Both the position numbers and the translations under genes were made by a program. 64,000 nucleotides of DNA from Felis catus. Lineage: Eukaryota. Location: positions 39,868,001-39,932,000 of the forward strand of contig NC_058368.1 of the NCBI RefSeq assembly GCF_018350175.1, written 5' to 3'. A model generated the notes under the pieces. That model was not told the origin of the DNA. It saw only the letters and a list, made by a program, of their open reading frames with translations, and did no database searches. Below, one piece after another: positions 1 through 12,406 of this stretch. Every line of letters starts with the position of its first letter. Positions within the stretch are counted from its first letter, which is position 1.

Positions 1-405
1 TCATGCAACAGTCCTCATGATTTAGTTATCACTGTGCACGTGCAAGGTGGGCCATGTGCAAGGTAGTCACATATTCATCACTACGAGTGAGTTATATTTA
101 CTTCTATTTGGGTTAAATTACTAAGTACAATGTCTTAAGAAAACATTACAAGGCTATTCAGCAATAAAACTACATATGGAGTTGTAGAAAATCAGGAATG
201 AGAGCAAAAATTAAATTTTCATCGTTAGAAGAATGACTACAATTTCATATTTTCTTGTAAAGCAATAACCAAGTACTTCATGGAACCTACAAAGGAAAAT
301 TGCATCATAGATAAAGGTGACAATATTTTATTTTAAAATGGTTACAAAAAAGAGGCCTATCACCTACTAAACAATACAACTAAAGGCATGAGAAATGCCA
401 CATAC

Positions 406-492
406 CTCAGAATAGAAGAAAGAAATTTCAAAGCAACCAAAAAGTGATGTTTCCACTTTGCGGATTGTGCATTCAGATTGGGGCACTGTGTC
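406..492 (-). CDS. Candidate internal coding exon of an unidentified gene (87 nt)
   Basis: On the minus strand: ttaaattag|GACACAG...TTCTGAG|gtatgt. Length is divisible by 3 and two frames are open (DTVPQSECTIRKVETSLFGCFEISFFYSE; TQCPNLNAQSAKWKHHFLVALKFLSSIL). Lies in non-repeat DNA. Protein not recognised. Confidence 0.3.
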
Positions 493-896
493 CTAATTTA
501 AATTGAGAGCATTTTTTCTTATGTATTAATTTTTGCTTAACAGTGCATCCTACAATCAATGAAGTCTAAGAGTCAATAAAATATGGAATGTACATTAAAT
601 AACCAAACACAATAAAAGACTGATTAGTAGAATGATTTCAACTACTAATTCTAGAGGTATCACAGTATGTATCATATTCTATATTAACAGGTGTCAGCAA
701 GACTTTTGTCCTAGTGTTCAAATGAACAAATCATGAAACATTATTTGCTGTGACTCAGCCTCCTGGACATAATGAGGAAAAGGAAAAGTGTAGCTGTAAG
801 CTTGTTGTGGCAAAAACAAATAAACAAAAACAAACAAACAAACAAAAAAGATGAGAAATAATACCGAATCACAGCTTCAAGAAATTTTACATGACT

Positions 897-1112
897 GGGG
901 CATGTGGGTGGTTCAGTCAGTTAAGCGTCCAACTTCAGCTCAGGTCATGATCTCATGGTATGTGGGTTCAAGCCCCGCATCGGGCTTTGTGCTGACAGCT
1001 CTGAGCCTGGAGCCTGCTTTAGAGTATGTGTCTCCCTCTCTCTCTGCCCCTCCCCTGCTCATGCTCTCGCTCTTTCTCTCTCTCTCAAAAATAAGCATTA
1101 AAATATTTTTAA
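897..1112 (+). mobile_element. CAN-SINE (SINEC)
   Basis: tRNA-like head ggggcatgtgggtggttcagtcagttaagcg, (CT)n tract, A-rich tail, diverged TSD aaatttt(a/tg)catgac. Confidence 0.95.
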
Positions 1113-2460
1113 AAAATTTTTGCATGACAATTGGTAAAGAACTTTAAAATGCCAAAACAGAGAAATAGACACGACTTAAATAAGAGATTGAACAAGGTTA
1201 GAGTTTTCTTATATTTATTTGCTATAGGCCTTTTTTTCTTACTAAAAGGTACACTCGAGGAAAGCAGGGACTTTACTCTTTTCCCTCTATGGGTGACTAG
1301 AAAAGTACACAGCATAAAATAGACATTGAGTGTAAAGAATAAACAAAGACAAACCCTTATTTTTGTTTCTTTGGCAATTACACTTAAAAAGAAACATTAC
1401 ACACACCCAAACACACACACTACGTGGGTTTTACAATGCATTACAATGCAACATTACAAACTTTTCATGAATATCATCTGCGAAATGTCAAAAAAGAAAA
1501 CTTATTTTAAACAACTTCCTATAAATAATTATTGCATTTTTAGGAATAAACTAATAACAGCAACAATAATAGCAGCAGCAACTTTCATTTATAGGCTTTA
1601 ATCCTGCTGAATTTCTTCACGTGCCCCACATAACCCAGTTGGCTCCTGAACATGGTAGCATTGAGGAACCAAGTTACTCTCAAGATCTCATTCATGAATT
1701 TGAAAAGATGTTTTTGAATGTTTGCTATCAGCCAGTACCAGTGATGGTAAACCCTTGAAGCTGTAAGGTGCTGAATAAAGCAGAGAGGGTAATGATTCAG
1801 ATCATATTTGAATGGATATCACTTTTAGGAAACAAATGCAGAAAAAAAAAGAGAGGCAGTGAAATCCACACCTGTGCAGTTCTACAGCATTAGAAAAATA
1901 AACATTAGTATATTTAAAATTAATAGATCCAAAATCAGATGAATTGTTTAAACACATAGCTTTTAAAAAAAGCTTATGAGGAGTATGACATTAAATAACC
2001 CTTTGGTTGCTATTTCCTTATCTGTAAAAAAGATTTAGCAATAAGGATTTCCAGGGCTTTTGTAACAATAAAAAAATAATGTATGTGAAGCCATTTTGTG
2101 CTCTTTAAGGCAATATAAAAATGAAAGTTATTGTTTCAATTATTCAAAACAGGAGCCAGAAAGGTTATTCCTGCATGGCATTCAAGTGTGATAGTATATG
2201 AGTAGATTCATGCAGGCATAAGTGGGACACAAATCCACTAAGAGATTCTGCAAAAGGAAATGTAAGGTTTCATAAAGAGTTGGGACCCAAATCCAGGTTT
2301 ATGACACATAATCTTTAAAGAAGAAGAAAGAGAAGGAAAATAAAAACAATTCCATTGTTATGCATTTTAATTATAACCATTAACAGCCATAAGTTTAGGG
2401 AAAATTTAATTTTATTATAATATATAAGGAAAAATATTCTCCAAGTTTTAACTGAATTAT

Positions 2461-2661
2461 TTTTAAAGTGTATTTATTTATTTTGAGAGAGAGAGAAAGA
2501 GTGCATGTGTGGGAGGGGAGACAGAGGCAAAGAAAAAGAATCTCAAGCAGGCTCCACACTGTCAACATGGGGCCGCGGGGCTCCTACTCAGGAACTGTGA
2601 GATCATGACCTGAGACGAAATCAAGAGTCAGATGCTTAACCCACTGCGCCACCCAGGCACC
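2461..2661 (-). mobile_element. CAN-SINE, older subfamily
   Basis: Reverse-complement SINE with the gactcttgatttc head variant; TSD actgaattatt at 2451 and 2662. Confidence 0.93.
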
Positions 2662-3316
2662 ACTGAATTATTGAATTAAGAGGGACTTTTAATGCTGATT
2701 CTTCCTCTATTTTCTAATTAATTTTTTAAACTTATTAAAGTGAGAAAATCAATACCTTAATGACATCTAATTGCAGGCATGTTCTTTATTTCTCATATAA
2801 AACTGTTTGAAAAGACTGTTAACAGGAAATCTTTTAAGTAACATTGAATGTAACTGGCTATCTCAATGATGAGCTTAACCAGAGAATTTATTAGAAAATA
2901 AACTATATGTTTCATAGTTAATTGATAGTATTTTGTAAAACTGTAGAAGTAAGCTATTTTCTGTAATTCAGTACCACAAAATTGCAAAGGCATTACTAAT
3001 GGGGGTTTGAAAGGAAGATCAATTATTTGATGAGGATATGGTTTACATTCAAATTTATGTTTCACAAAATGTAAATTATAATATAATTGCTACTATTTTT
3101 GCTTACTTATTTTTTTTCTAAATTGTATGGAGATTTAGCCTTTATTGACTTATTGCCTAAGGGGCAAGTATAAAATATTCTGGCTAAATTTCAGTTGCTA
3201 TAACTACATCCTTTCAATTTCTATCCTGCATCCAATTTCAATAGAATTGCTCTTATCTTTAAAGATGATATTATATATATGGTAGAACCTTGTGAAAACT
3301 ATCTCAAATAGTTTTA

Positions 3317-3452
3317 GTGATGGGGATTAAGCAGTGCACTCGTGATGAGCACTGGGGAGATGTATGAAAGTGCTGAATCACTATATTGTACACATAAAAC
3401 TAATATTACACTGTATGTTAACTAGCTGAAATTTAAATCAAAAAAAGAAAAA
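3317..3452 (+). mobile_element. L1 3' UTR terminal fragment (carnivore L1)
   Basis: gatgagcactggg...tgctgaatcactatattgtaca...aaactaatattacactgtatgttaact followed by an A-rich tail. Confidence 0.85.
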
Positions 3453-6065
3453 CAAATAGACAGCTAAGTCTTCACCCAAAGAGACCATGAGAAAGAGGGT
3501 GTCATTACCTTGGAATAGCATTTGAATATAAGGCAGGTAGAAAATTCATCACTAAAAGCTATCAGGTAAATAGCCCTGGATAGTTGGGAGCAAAATGAAT
3601 TTTAGATGTTAAAACCAGAAAAAAAGATGTTGATTTCATAATAAACATAGGTCATAACAAAAGATCAAGAAGGTAACGTTTCCATGGGAAGATGAAGTAT
3701 TAGAATCACAAAGCATTGGGATATTAGCCACAATATAAGCGCAATGAATTGAATTACTGAGGACCAGTTTTGCAGTTCTATTAGCTGGGCTTGACGTCCA
3801 TACATACAATTATAGTTTATAGACAGGGTGGACTAAAAAAAATGTATTTTGTCCAATCCCATAATGTCTTGATGAGGTCTACGTTGAAATCTGAAGGTAG
3901 CAAAGAAAACACTTTTGAAACAGTAGTAAGATGTCTTACTTTCTTATATAGATAGCCCTTCAAAATGAATATGTTCTTTTCAAGAGCTGCACAAAAAATA
4001 AGCTAACTTCTCAAAGGATTCTCCTGTGAACAGTTTTAAGTTTGTACCAAGATAAAAACTAAGCTCTCTAATCATCAGGAAATGTGGGAACTTCTCCAGG
4101 AAGTCAAGAAGTCATCAATGCATTCATCAGTACAGAAAATTCTTAAGCAAATTCTTAACCACATTTTCAAGAAAATATCATTAAGAGAGGCAACTGTCTT
4201 TTCTACAGAATATATATATTCTAAAAATATAATAATATTTTTTCTCTAAAAATTAATCTCTAAAAAATAATCTTTATTCCTAATCTTTTTAAAAATTCTA
4301 AATAAAACAGTATAGATATCCATACATATTGGTAATACCATTGTATTTAGATTCCTTCAGAAATAGCATGGGCTATTACATTAAGACCTTATATATAATA
4401 CAAGTTGGTCAGAGAGGTGCATCTGGTATTCTTTTTTTTTTCTAAAAAACTAACAGTTAAGAAGTGCTTTATAAAAAGTAAGAGGTTATTAAATTATCTC
4501 TGTTATTTACCCATTTAAATGAATAGATTAAATAATATTTTGATGCAAAGATGATTAGGAAAAAGATACTAATAAAAATTGTGTATTTTTTTACATTAGT
4601 CAATCAGTGCAAGGAATTGGAGAAATATCCTGCAGATTTGTTTTTCAGTAAATTTTACAGGTCTGATTTTTAAGACAGCAATTTGGTTTAAATGATGATA
4701 TGTTGTTGATAAAACATTTTTCATTATGTTTATATTTTAGATTCCAATTACATAGTAAGTCCAAATGTAAATTATGAAAAAATACAAATATCTCCCTACT
4801 CACATAAGGCACAGAGAACGATTTCTAACACATACTAAACATTCAGTAACTTAGTACGTATTGGATTAATGAATAAATGCATAAAGAAATCAATAAACAA
4901 AGATATTCTTAAATTTTCAGAAGTGCTAATAATTTGTCATGATATTAAAACATACCACCAAAAGATAGTATTTTGAGTTAAATGAAACAGTGTAAGATGA
5001 TTTTTAGAGAAGTGATTTGGTGATAGATGAAGAGGCCCTGCATCATGCATGTAGGATATGACCTCCAGGTTTGTATTTTTTTTTCATTTATTAATAGACT
5101 TATTTGGTCACTTAGCAAATATTTATGAAATGTAGGTATGACACAATAACTGCTAGGATGGCCACCGAAGGGTTAAAATCTTAAGCTTTGTCTTGGCCCC
5201 CATGTATCTAAATATATTGGAGAATAGAGACAAGTAGTGAGGAATTCTCAATCTCCAAGTAAGAAATTGACAAAATTGCTCTATGATAGTGCTTTACAAA
5301 CCAAAATACTATTTCATGTATTCTCAATTTACTGGTTGCCTGCACAAGTCACTTCCTCACAGTGGTTAGTCCTGGTATAGAAATCAAATTAGATGAGAAA
5401 TTGGTAATCATCTAATTCAAGCAAACAGAACCGGATGTTCTTTTGTGTGCGTTGGGGGTGGTGGGGCAACTAGCTGTTCTTCAGAGACACTTTAATCGCC
5501 ATGAGTTTGGGAAACATTTCTCTTCTATACTTGAAAATGAGTTCAATCTAAAGAATTCTATACATTAATATTTATTAAATATAAATAAATAATATAAATA
5601 CAAATAATTACTAAATACCAACTATTCTTATGAAAATATTTTTTAGATCAGCAATGTCAAATTAGTGCTTTCTCTCCTCTAAACCATGCATGCCAATATC
5701 ATATTCTTTACTCATTTTTAAATATATTGATCACCTACCATGAGCCACTCTGCTAAATGAAGAGAAGCATAATGATAGAAAAGGCAGACATGGCCTGGAC
5801 TCCAATATTATCACTCAGCTACTTAAGGATAATAAACTTTTCTTCCATTATAGTATTGGCCTTGAACAAAGCTGGTCAAAATATTAAGCTACATATTTTA
5901 TCTTAACAATATTTAGTTCTTTGGAAGTGTTACTAGAGGTTCCCTCCCCCTCAAATCTTAATGTTGTATTTTAATTCCAAAGTGATAGGTTAAAAAGTGT
6001 ATATCTTATCAGAAATAAACACACAAGTATTTATTTGATAATTTTATTCTAAAAACCTCTTGTTT

Positions 6066-6293
6066 GAGGTGCCTGGGTGGTTCAGTCAGTTAAGCGTCCA
6101 CCTTCAGCTCAGGTCATGATCTCACAGTTCATGGGTTTGAGCCCCGCGTAGTGCTCTGTGCTCACAGGTCAAGGTCTGAAGCCTGCTTCAGATTCTATGT
6201 CTCTCTCTCTCTTTCTTTCTCTGCTCCTCATGCACTCACGCTCTGTCTCTCTCTTTCAAAAATAGACCTTTTAAAATATTTAAAAAAAAAATT
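6066..6293 (+). mobile_element. CAN-SINE
   Basis: gcctgggtggttcagtcagttaagcg head, CT tract, A-tail. Confidence 0.95.
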
Positions 6294-6734
6294 AAAAAGC
6301 TCTTCTCTGATGTCTTATTTTTTTCTTAGATGCATGACAGTAAAGATCTTTTCTTCTGCTATTTAATTATATAATTTGAGACCACCATGCTCTACAATCA
6401 CTGGGCAATGGTTGCAAGAATTTTATTCCTAGTTAAAATGCAGAGACTTTGACACAAATACGAACATTTTCTCAGATAAAATATATATTGAAATTACTCA
6501 TACAGCAAAATAATAACTTTGTTTCATTTATTCAGAGAACCAAGGGCTTTTACCTGGGAATTTATACAATTTTTCTAAGTATTCTTATAAATAATTTCAT
6601 CTTAATTCTAAAAAATTTAGTAAAACACCATCAACTAAGTACTTGAGGCTTAGAGTTCTATTATTGGATTTATTTTTTCATGACTGAACGTGGAAAAACA
6701 TTAGATAATTTGTTCAGTTCATTTTATTTTGGGT

Positions 6735-6950
6735 TTTTTATTTTTTTAAACATTTATTTTTATTTTTGAGAAAGAGAGACACAGAGCACAAGTGGGGGAG
6801 GGCCAGAGATAGAGAGACACAAAATCTGAAGCAGGCTCCAGCCTCTGAGCTGTCAGCACGGAGCCTGAGGTGGAGCTCAGACTCATGAACTGCAAGATCA
6901 TGACCTGAGCCAAAGTCAGACACTTAACCAAGTGAGCCACCCAAGCCCCC
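6735..6950 (-). mobile_element. CAN-SINE
   Basis: T-tail, (GA)n, ...gagccacccaagcccc; gttcatttt repeated on both flanks. Confidence 0.95.
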
Positions 6951-7353
6951 TGGTTCATTTTGTTTCTTGATCAGGATTCTTATAGATGATTGGGTGAAGT
7001 CTCAAATACTTAATTATATTCACAGTGTCAAAGAAAAATGTCTCAGATATTTACACAGAATTGGACCACAGAAATCTGTAGATATGAATTACATTCTATT
7101 TTACGCCTTCTCTTATTATAAATCTCTTATTATAAATCTTGGTCTATTATTTGAATTGGAGAATATTCAAAGGATTTGTGACTATCTAGTGTAGCCTGGC
7201 TACCCCTAAATTCATACTTATATACACATAATATTATTAAAACTAGGCATAGATCATTTCTTGGTAAAGTGATATATTAATTTGGAAGTTTGTTCCTTTT
7301 TTCCTTCTCCAGTATATGGTTAAACTTAGCATTAAAAATACCAGAAAGATTCA

Positions 7354-9790
7354 GCCAAACATTTACAGAACAGTACCTATTCTCAAACTAATCCAAGAAA
7401 CAGAAGTTGAAGGAAAGTTTCCAAATTCATTCTATGAGGCCAGGATTGCCCTGATACCAAAACCAGATAAAGACGCTACAAAAAAAGAGAACTACAGGCC
7501 AACAGTTCTGATAAACATAGATGTTAAAATCCTTGACAAAATATTAGCAAACCAAATCCAACAACAAATTTAAAAAATAATTCACCACGATCACATGTGA
7601 TTTATTCTTGAGATGCAAGGGTGGTTTAATATTTGCAAACCAATCAATGTGATACATCACATCAACAAGAGAAACGATAAAAACCATATGATCATTTCAA
7701 TAGATGAAGAAAAAGCATTTGACAAAGTACAACATCCTTTTATGATAAAAGCCCTCAACAAAGTAGGTTTAGAGGGAACATACCTTCACATAATAAAGGC
7801 CATATAAGAAAAGTCTATATCTAACATCAAACTCAATGATGAAAAACTCAGAGCTTTTCTCTTAAGATCAGGAATACGGCAAGGATGTCCACCCTCACCA
7901 CTTTTATTCAACATAGCACTGGAAAAGCTAGCCACAGCAATCAGATAAGAAAAAGGAGTGAAAGACACAGAAATTGATAAGGAAAAATTAAAACTCACTA
8001 TGCAGGGGCATCTGGGTGGCTCAGTTGGTTAAGTGTCCAACTTCGGCTCAGGTCATGATCTCACGGTGCGTGGGTTCGAGCCCTGCATTGGGCTCTGTGC
8101 TAACAGCTCAGAGCCTGGAGCCTGTTTTGGGTTCTGTGTCTCCCTCTCTCTATTCTCCTCCCCCAATCATGCTCTGTCTCTCTATCAAAAATAAATAAAC
8201 ATTAAAAAAATTAAAAACTCACTATGCAGATGACATGAAACTCTATAGAGAAAACCTGAAAGACTACACCAAAAAAATATCAGAGCTGATAAAAAAAATT
8301 CAGTAAGGTTGCAGGAAACAAAATCAATGTACAGAAATCCATTGCATTTCTACACACTAATATTGAAGTAGTAGAAAGAGAAAATAAGAAAACAATCTCA
8401 TTTTACAACTGCATTAAAAATAATACAGTAACTAGCAATAAACTTAACAAAGGAGGTAAAAGACCTGTATTCTGAAAACTATAAAACACTGATGAAAGAA
8501 CTGAAGGTGACACAAACAAATGGAAAGATATTCCATGTTCATGGATTGGAAGAACAAACATTGCTAAAATGTCCATATTATGCAAAGCAATCTACAGATT
8601 TAATGCAATCCATATCAAAATACCACTAACAGCTTTCACAGTACTAGAACAAATAATCCTAACATTTGTGTGGAATAACAAAAAGGCCCTGAATAGCCAA
8701 AGCAATCTTAAAAAAGAATAAAACTGGAGGTATCACAATCCTGGATTTTAAGATATACCAGAAAGCTGTAGTAATCAAAACAGTATAGTTCAGGCACAGA
8801 AATAGATACATAGAACAATAGAGCAGAATAGAGAACCCAGAAATAAATCCATGATTATATGGTCAATTAATCTTTAACAAAGGAGGTAAGAATGAGAAAA
8901 AGACAGTCTTTTCAACAAGTGGTGTTGGGAAAATTGGACAGCTACATGCAAAAGAATTAAACTAGACCACTTTGTTACACCATACACAAATATTAACTCA
9001 AAATGGATTAAGGACCTAAATATGAGACATTAAATCATAAAAATCCTAGAAGAGAGCACTGGCAGTAATTTCTCTGGCACTGGTTGTAGCAACAGTTTTC
9101 TATAAATTTCTCCTCAGGCAAGGTAAACAAAAGCAAAAATAAACTTGGGACTACTCAAAATAAAAAGCTTCTGCACACAAGGAAAACAGTCAACAAAACT
9201 AAAATACAGCCTACTGAGTAGAAGAGGATATATTCAAATGACATATCCACTAAAGGGTTAGTACCCAAAATATATAAAGAACTTACAGAACTCAACTCCA
9301 AAAAAACCAAATAACTCAATTAAAAAATGAACAGAAGACATGAACAGACATTTCTCTAAAGAAGACATTCAGATGACCAACAGACACATGAAAACAAGCT
9401 CAAGATCACTCATCATCAGGAAAACGCAAATCAAAACTACAATGAGACATCACCTCACTCCTGTCAGAATGGCTATAATCAAGAACACAAGAAACAACAA
9501 GTTTTGGCAAGGATGTAGAGAAAAAGGAACCACTGTGCACCGTTTACAGGAATGCAAAGTGGTGCAGCCACTATGGAAAACAGTATGGAGGTTTCTCAAA
9601 AAAATTAAAAATAGAATTACCATATGGTCCAGTAATTCCACCACTGAGTATTTGCCCAAAGAATATGGAAACACTAATTCACAGAGATATATGCACCCCT
9701 CTGATTATTGCAGCATCATTTACAATAGCCAAAATATGGAAGCAACCCGTGTCCATCGACAGATGAATATATAAGCAGAGATGGTGTGTA
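7354..9790 (+). mobile_element. 5'-truncated L1 with decayed ORF2 (RT and C-terminal region), interrupted by a SINE
   Basis: ORF fragments [18 protein letters not shown]...[35 protein letters not shown]...HLTPVRMA are typical L1 ORF2p; multiple stops and frameshifts. Confidence 0.97.
8005..8213 (+). mobile_element. CAN-SINE nested in L1 ORF2
   Basis: Perfect TSD aaaactcactatgcag at 7990-8005 and 8214-8229. Confidence 0.97.
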
Positions 9791-9806
9791 TATATAGATA
9801 TACATG

Positions 9807-9869
<63 letters not shown>

Positions 9870-9942
9870 TATATATGGTATGTATATATATACATATATG
9901 TATGTATGTGTATATATATGTATATATATATATACACACACA
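9785..9942. repeat. Compound (TG)/(TA)/(CA) microsatellite
   Basis: Direct reading; long pure (TA)n run at about 9818-9857. Confidence 0.95.
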
Positions 9943-10074
9943 AATGTCCAAATTGTGGATATATTATATAATATTCATATAATGTATATTTTATGCCCAT
10001 TTATTTTTAAAATAAAATGATATAGATGTAATTAAAAAGAATCATCTATCATCTTGCAAGTGACAGCATTGGCT

Positions 10075-10268
10075 TTAGAGATCAGAGTCCCACCAGTGAG
10101 TAGCTCTATGCCCTTAAGCTAGTTTCCTAAAATTTCTGAATCTTCTTCTTAAAATTGCATAGGATAAAATCCCATTTTTTTGGAACTATAATAAAGATAA
10201 AATAAGCTAATAAATGCAGAGAAGACAATAGCACAATCTCTTCTCATAGTAGACACTCAATTAATACT
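10075..10268 (+). mobile_element. MIR relic
   Basis: tagctctatgcccttaagctagtttcctaaaatttctgaatc ... catagtagacactcaattaat resembles the MIR core and 3' end. Confidence 0.5.
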
Positions 10269-10502
10269 GAACATCACTCTTCTTATTCCAATACCTGATT
10301 AATATCACTTTTATTGAAGAAATTACTGTGTAATTATGCAGGGAAGAATCCAATTTAAAAGATATCATGAAAACATGTAGCTGCTTTTATAACAAAAAAA
10401 TAACAAGTAACTGTGAAATAAATTCTTGCTTTACCTTTTACCTAAGTGTGCTGAAGGGATATGTCTGAACACAAGTCATTATAAGTATCAACTATTGTTT
10501 TT

Positions 10503-10680
10503 ATTTATTTATTTTCATTTTTTTTAGGGATAGAGAGTGCCAGAGGAGGGTAGAAGAGAAAATCTTAAGCAGGCTCTGCATGGAGCCCAACTTGGGGCTC
10601 AATCAGAACAACCCTGGGATCGTGACCCAAGCTGAAATCAAGAGTTGGATGTTCAATCAACTGAGCCACCCAGACACCCC
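10503..10680 (-). mobile_element. CAN-SINE, older subfamily
   Basis: TSD tcaactattgttttt at 10488 and 10681; ends ...gagccacccagacacccc. Confidence 0.93.
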
Positions 10681-10695
10681 TCAACTATTGTTTTT

Positions 10696-11398
10696 AAATA
10701 TAAAATACCATATAATCCAATAATTCTACTAGTGAGTATTTACCCAAAGTAAACAACACACTAACTGAAAAAGATATATGTACCCCTATGTTTATTGAAA
10801 CATAATTTACAACAGCCAAGATATGCAAGCAACCTAAGTACCCATAGATAGATGAGTGGATAAAGAAGATATGATCTGTACATACATATATATACATACA
10901 CATATACTAAGAAGTAGTATGCAACTATAAAAAGCACGAGATCTTGTCATTTGCAACAACATGGATGGACTCAGAGGGCGTTTTGCTAAGTAAAATAAGT
11001 CATACTAAGAAAGACAAAAACCATATGATTTCACTCATATATGGAATTTGAAAAACAAATGTATAAACAAACAAACAAAAAGCAGAATCAGACCTTTAAA
11101 ACCTGAGAACAAATTGTTGCTAGAAGGAAGGAAGTTGGGGAATGGGTAAAATGGATGAAAGGGAGGGAGGGTACAGGCTTTTAGTATGGAATAAATAAGT
11201 TATAAATGGAATATATAAGTTATATAAAAAAGTTATACAGTCAATGATAATGTTAATAGCATTGCACAGTGATTGATGGTGGCTATACTCAGGGTGAGCA
11301 AAGCATGATGTATAGAGATGTTGAATCACTATGTTGTACACCTGAAACTAATGTAACATTGTGTGTCAACTATAGTAAAGTTTTTTAAAAAATTAAAA
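10696..11398 (+). mobile_element. L1 3' end (ORF2 C-terminus and 3' UTR)
   Basis: ccatataatccaataattctact, gcaacaacatggatggac, gaatcactatgttgtacacctgaaactaatg, A-rich end. Confidence 0.93.
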
Positions 11399-12195
11399 AC
11401 CAATTGTTTTTTATTTCTCTTAGTGTTTCAAATTATCTTATACTATGCTTCAAGACTTATTAAAATAATTTAATCCATCCTCTGTGTTTAACACTCTTTC
11501 AATTTATCACACAAAAATTACTTGGGTATGTTAAGTATCTAAATATTCTGACTTTGAACAGGTAGTATTCCTTCATGCTGGAAACCTAATTACACTCCAG
11601 AATGTCATTGTGAGAGGATACTCTCCTGCTCCTGACTTTGAGGAAAACTGTTCAGAAGTCAATGTAGGATACAGGAATTTGTTCAGCCACTAATTTGCAT
11701 ATGTTAAATTCTCTATTAAATTGAATTCTAATTGAAAATTACACATAGCTCTTGGCCTTTGCTGTTAGGAATTCTAGTATTTGCAAACACTACACTGGAC
11801 AGTATGGAGATTAAGAATTTCAGTGTCATCATATATCTTTGTTTTCCTTATATAACCTACAGAATAGGTTAACGTTTCTTAATTCTAAGGTAATGCTGTA
11901 ATTTCCTCTTAACCATCATTAGCTTATTATTATCATTACTACTTATTCATTTGTCACGTATTGAACAAATATTTAATAAGGACCTATTATACTAGTATCT
12001 CCCAGTCACTGTTTTATGTGTTATTAACACAAGTGTTCACATTTGTAACGGAGAAATAATGTAATAATGCTCAGCAACTTATTTTTAAGTACTTTGGAGT
12101 ATTTTATGCAACCAACAAGCACCATAAATACTTTACTCACACAAAAGATCCAGGTTGCCAGTGGTGCTGTTTTTCTACTGAATTAGGTGACTGTC

Positions 12196-12406
12196 TTTTT
12201 TTATTTTAATTTTTTTTTAGTGTTTATTTTTGAGACAGAGAGAGACAGAGCACGAGCAGGGGAGAGGCAAACAGAGAGGGAGACACAGAATCTGAAGTAG
12301 GCTCCAGGCTCTGAGCTGTCAGTACAGAGCCCGACATGGGGCTCAAACCCACGAACCGTGAGATCATGACCTGAGCTGAAGTCAGATGCTTAACTGACTG
12401 CCCTAC
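12196..12406 (-). mobile_element. CAN-SINE lacking its extreme 5' end
   Basis: Diverged TSD actgaa(t/c)taggtga(c/t)t(g/a)tctt at 12177 and 12407. Confidence 0.93.

Noticed and set aside
851..1147. ORFs containing AQSVKRPTSAQVMIS.. or GAPGWRSRLSVRLQPGHDL.. (also at 8016, 16344, 39738, 45976, 58481, 60856, 62658)
   Set aside because: These are translations of CAN-SINE sequence, not genes.
2756..2802. Minus-strand 47-nt exon-like segment (cag|...aag|gtatt)
   Set aside because: Stops in all three frames.
9679..10020. Overlapping ORFs rich in YI/CV/HT
   Set aside because: Artefacts of a dinucleotide microsatellite.
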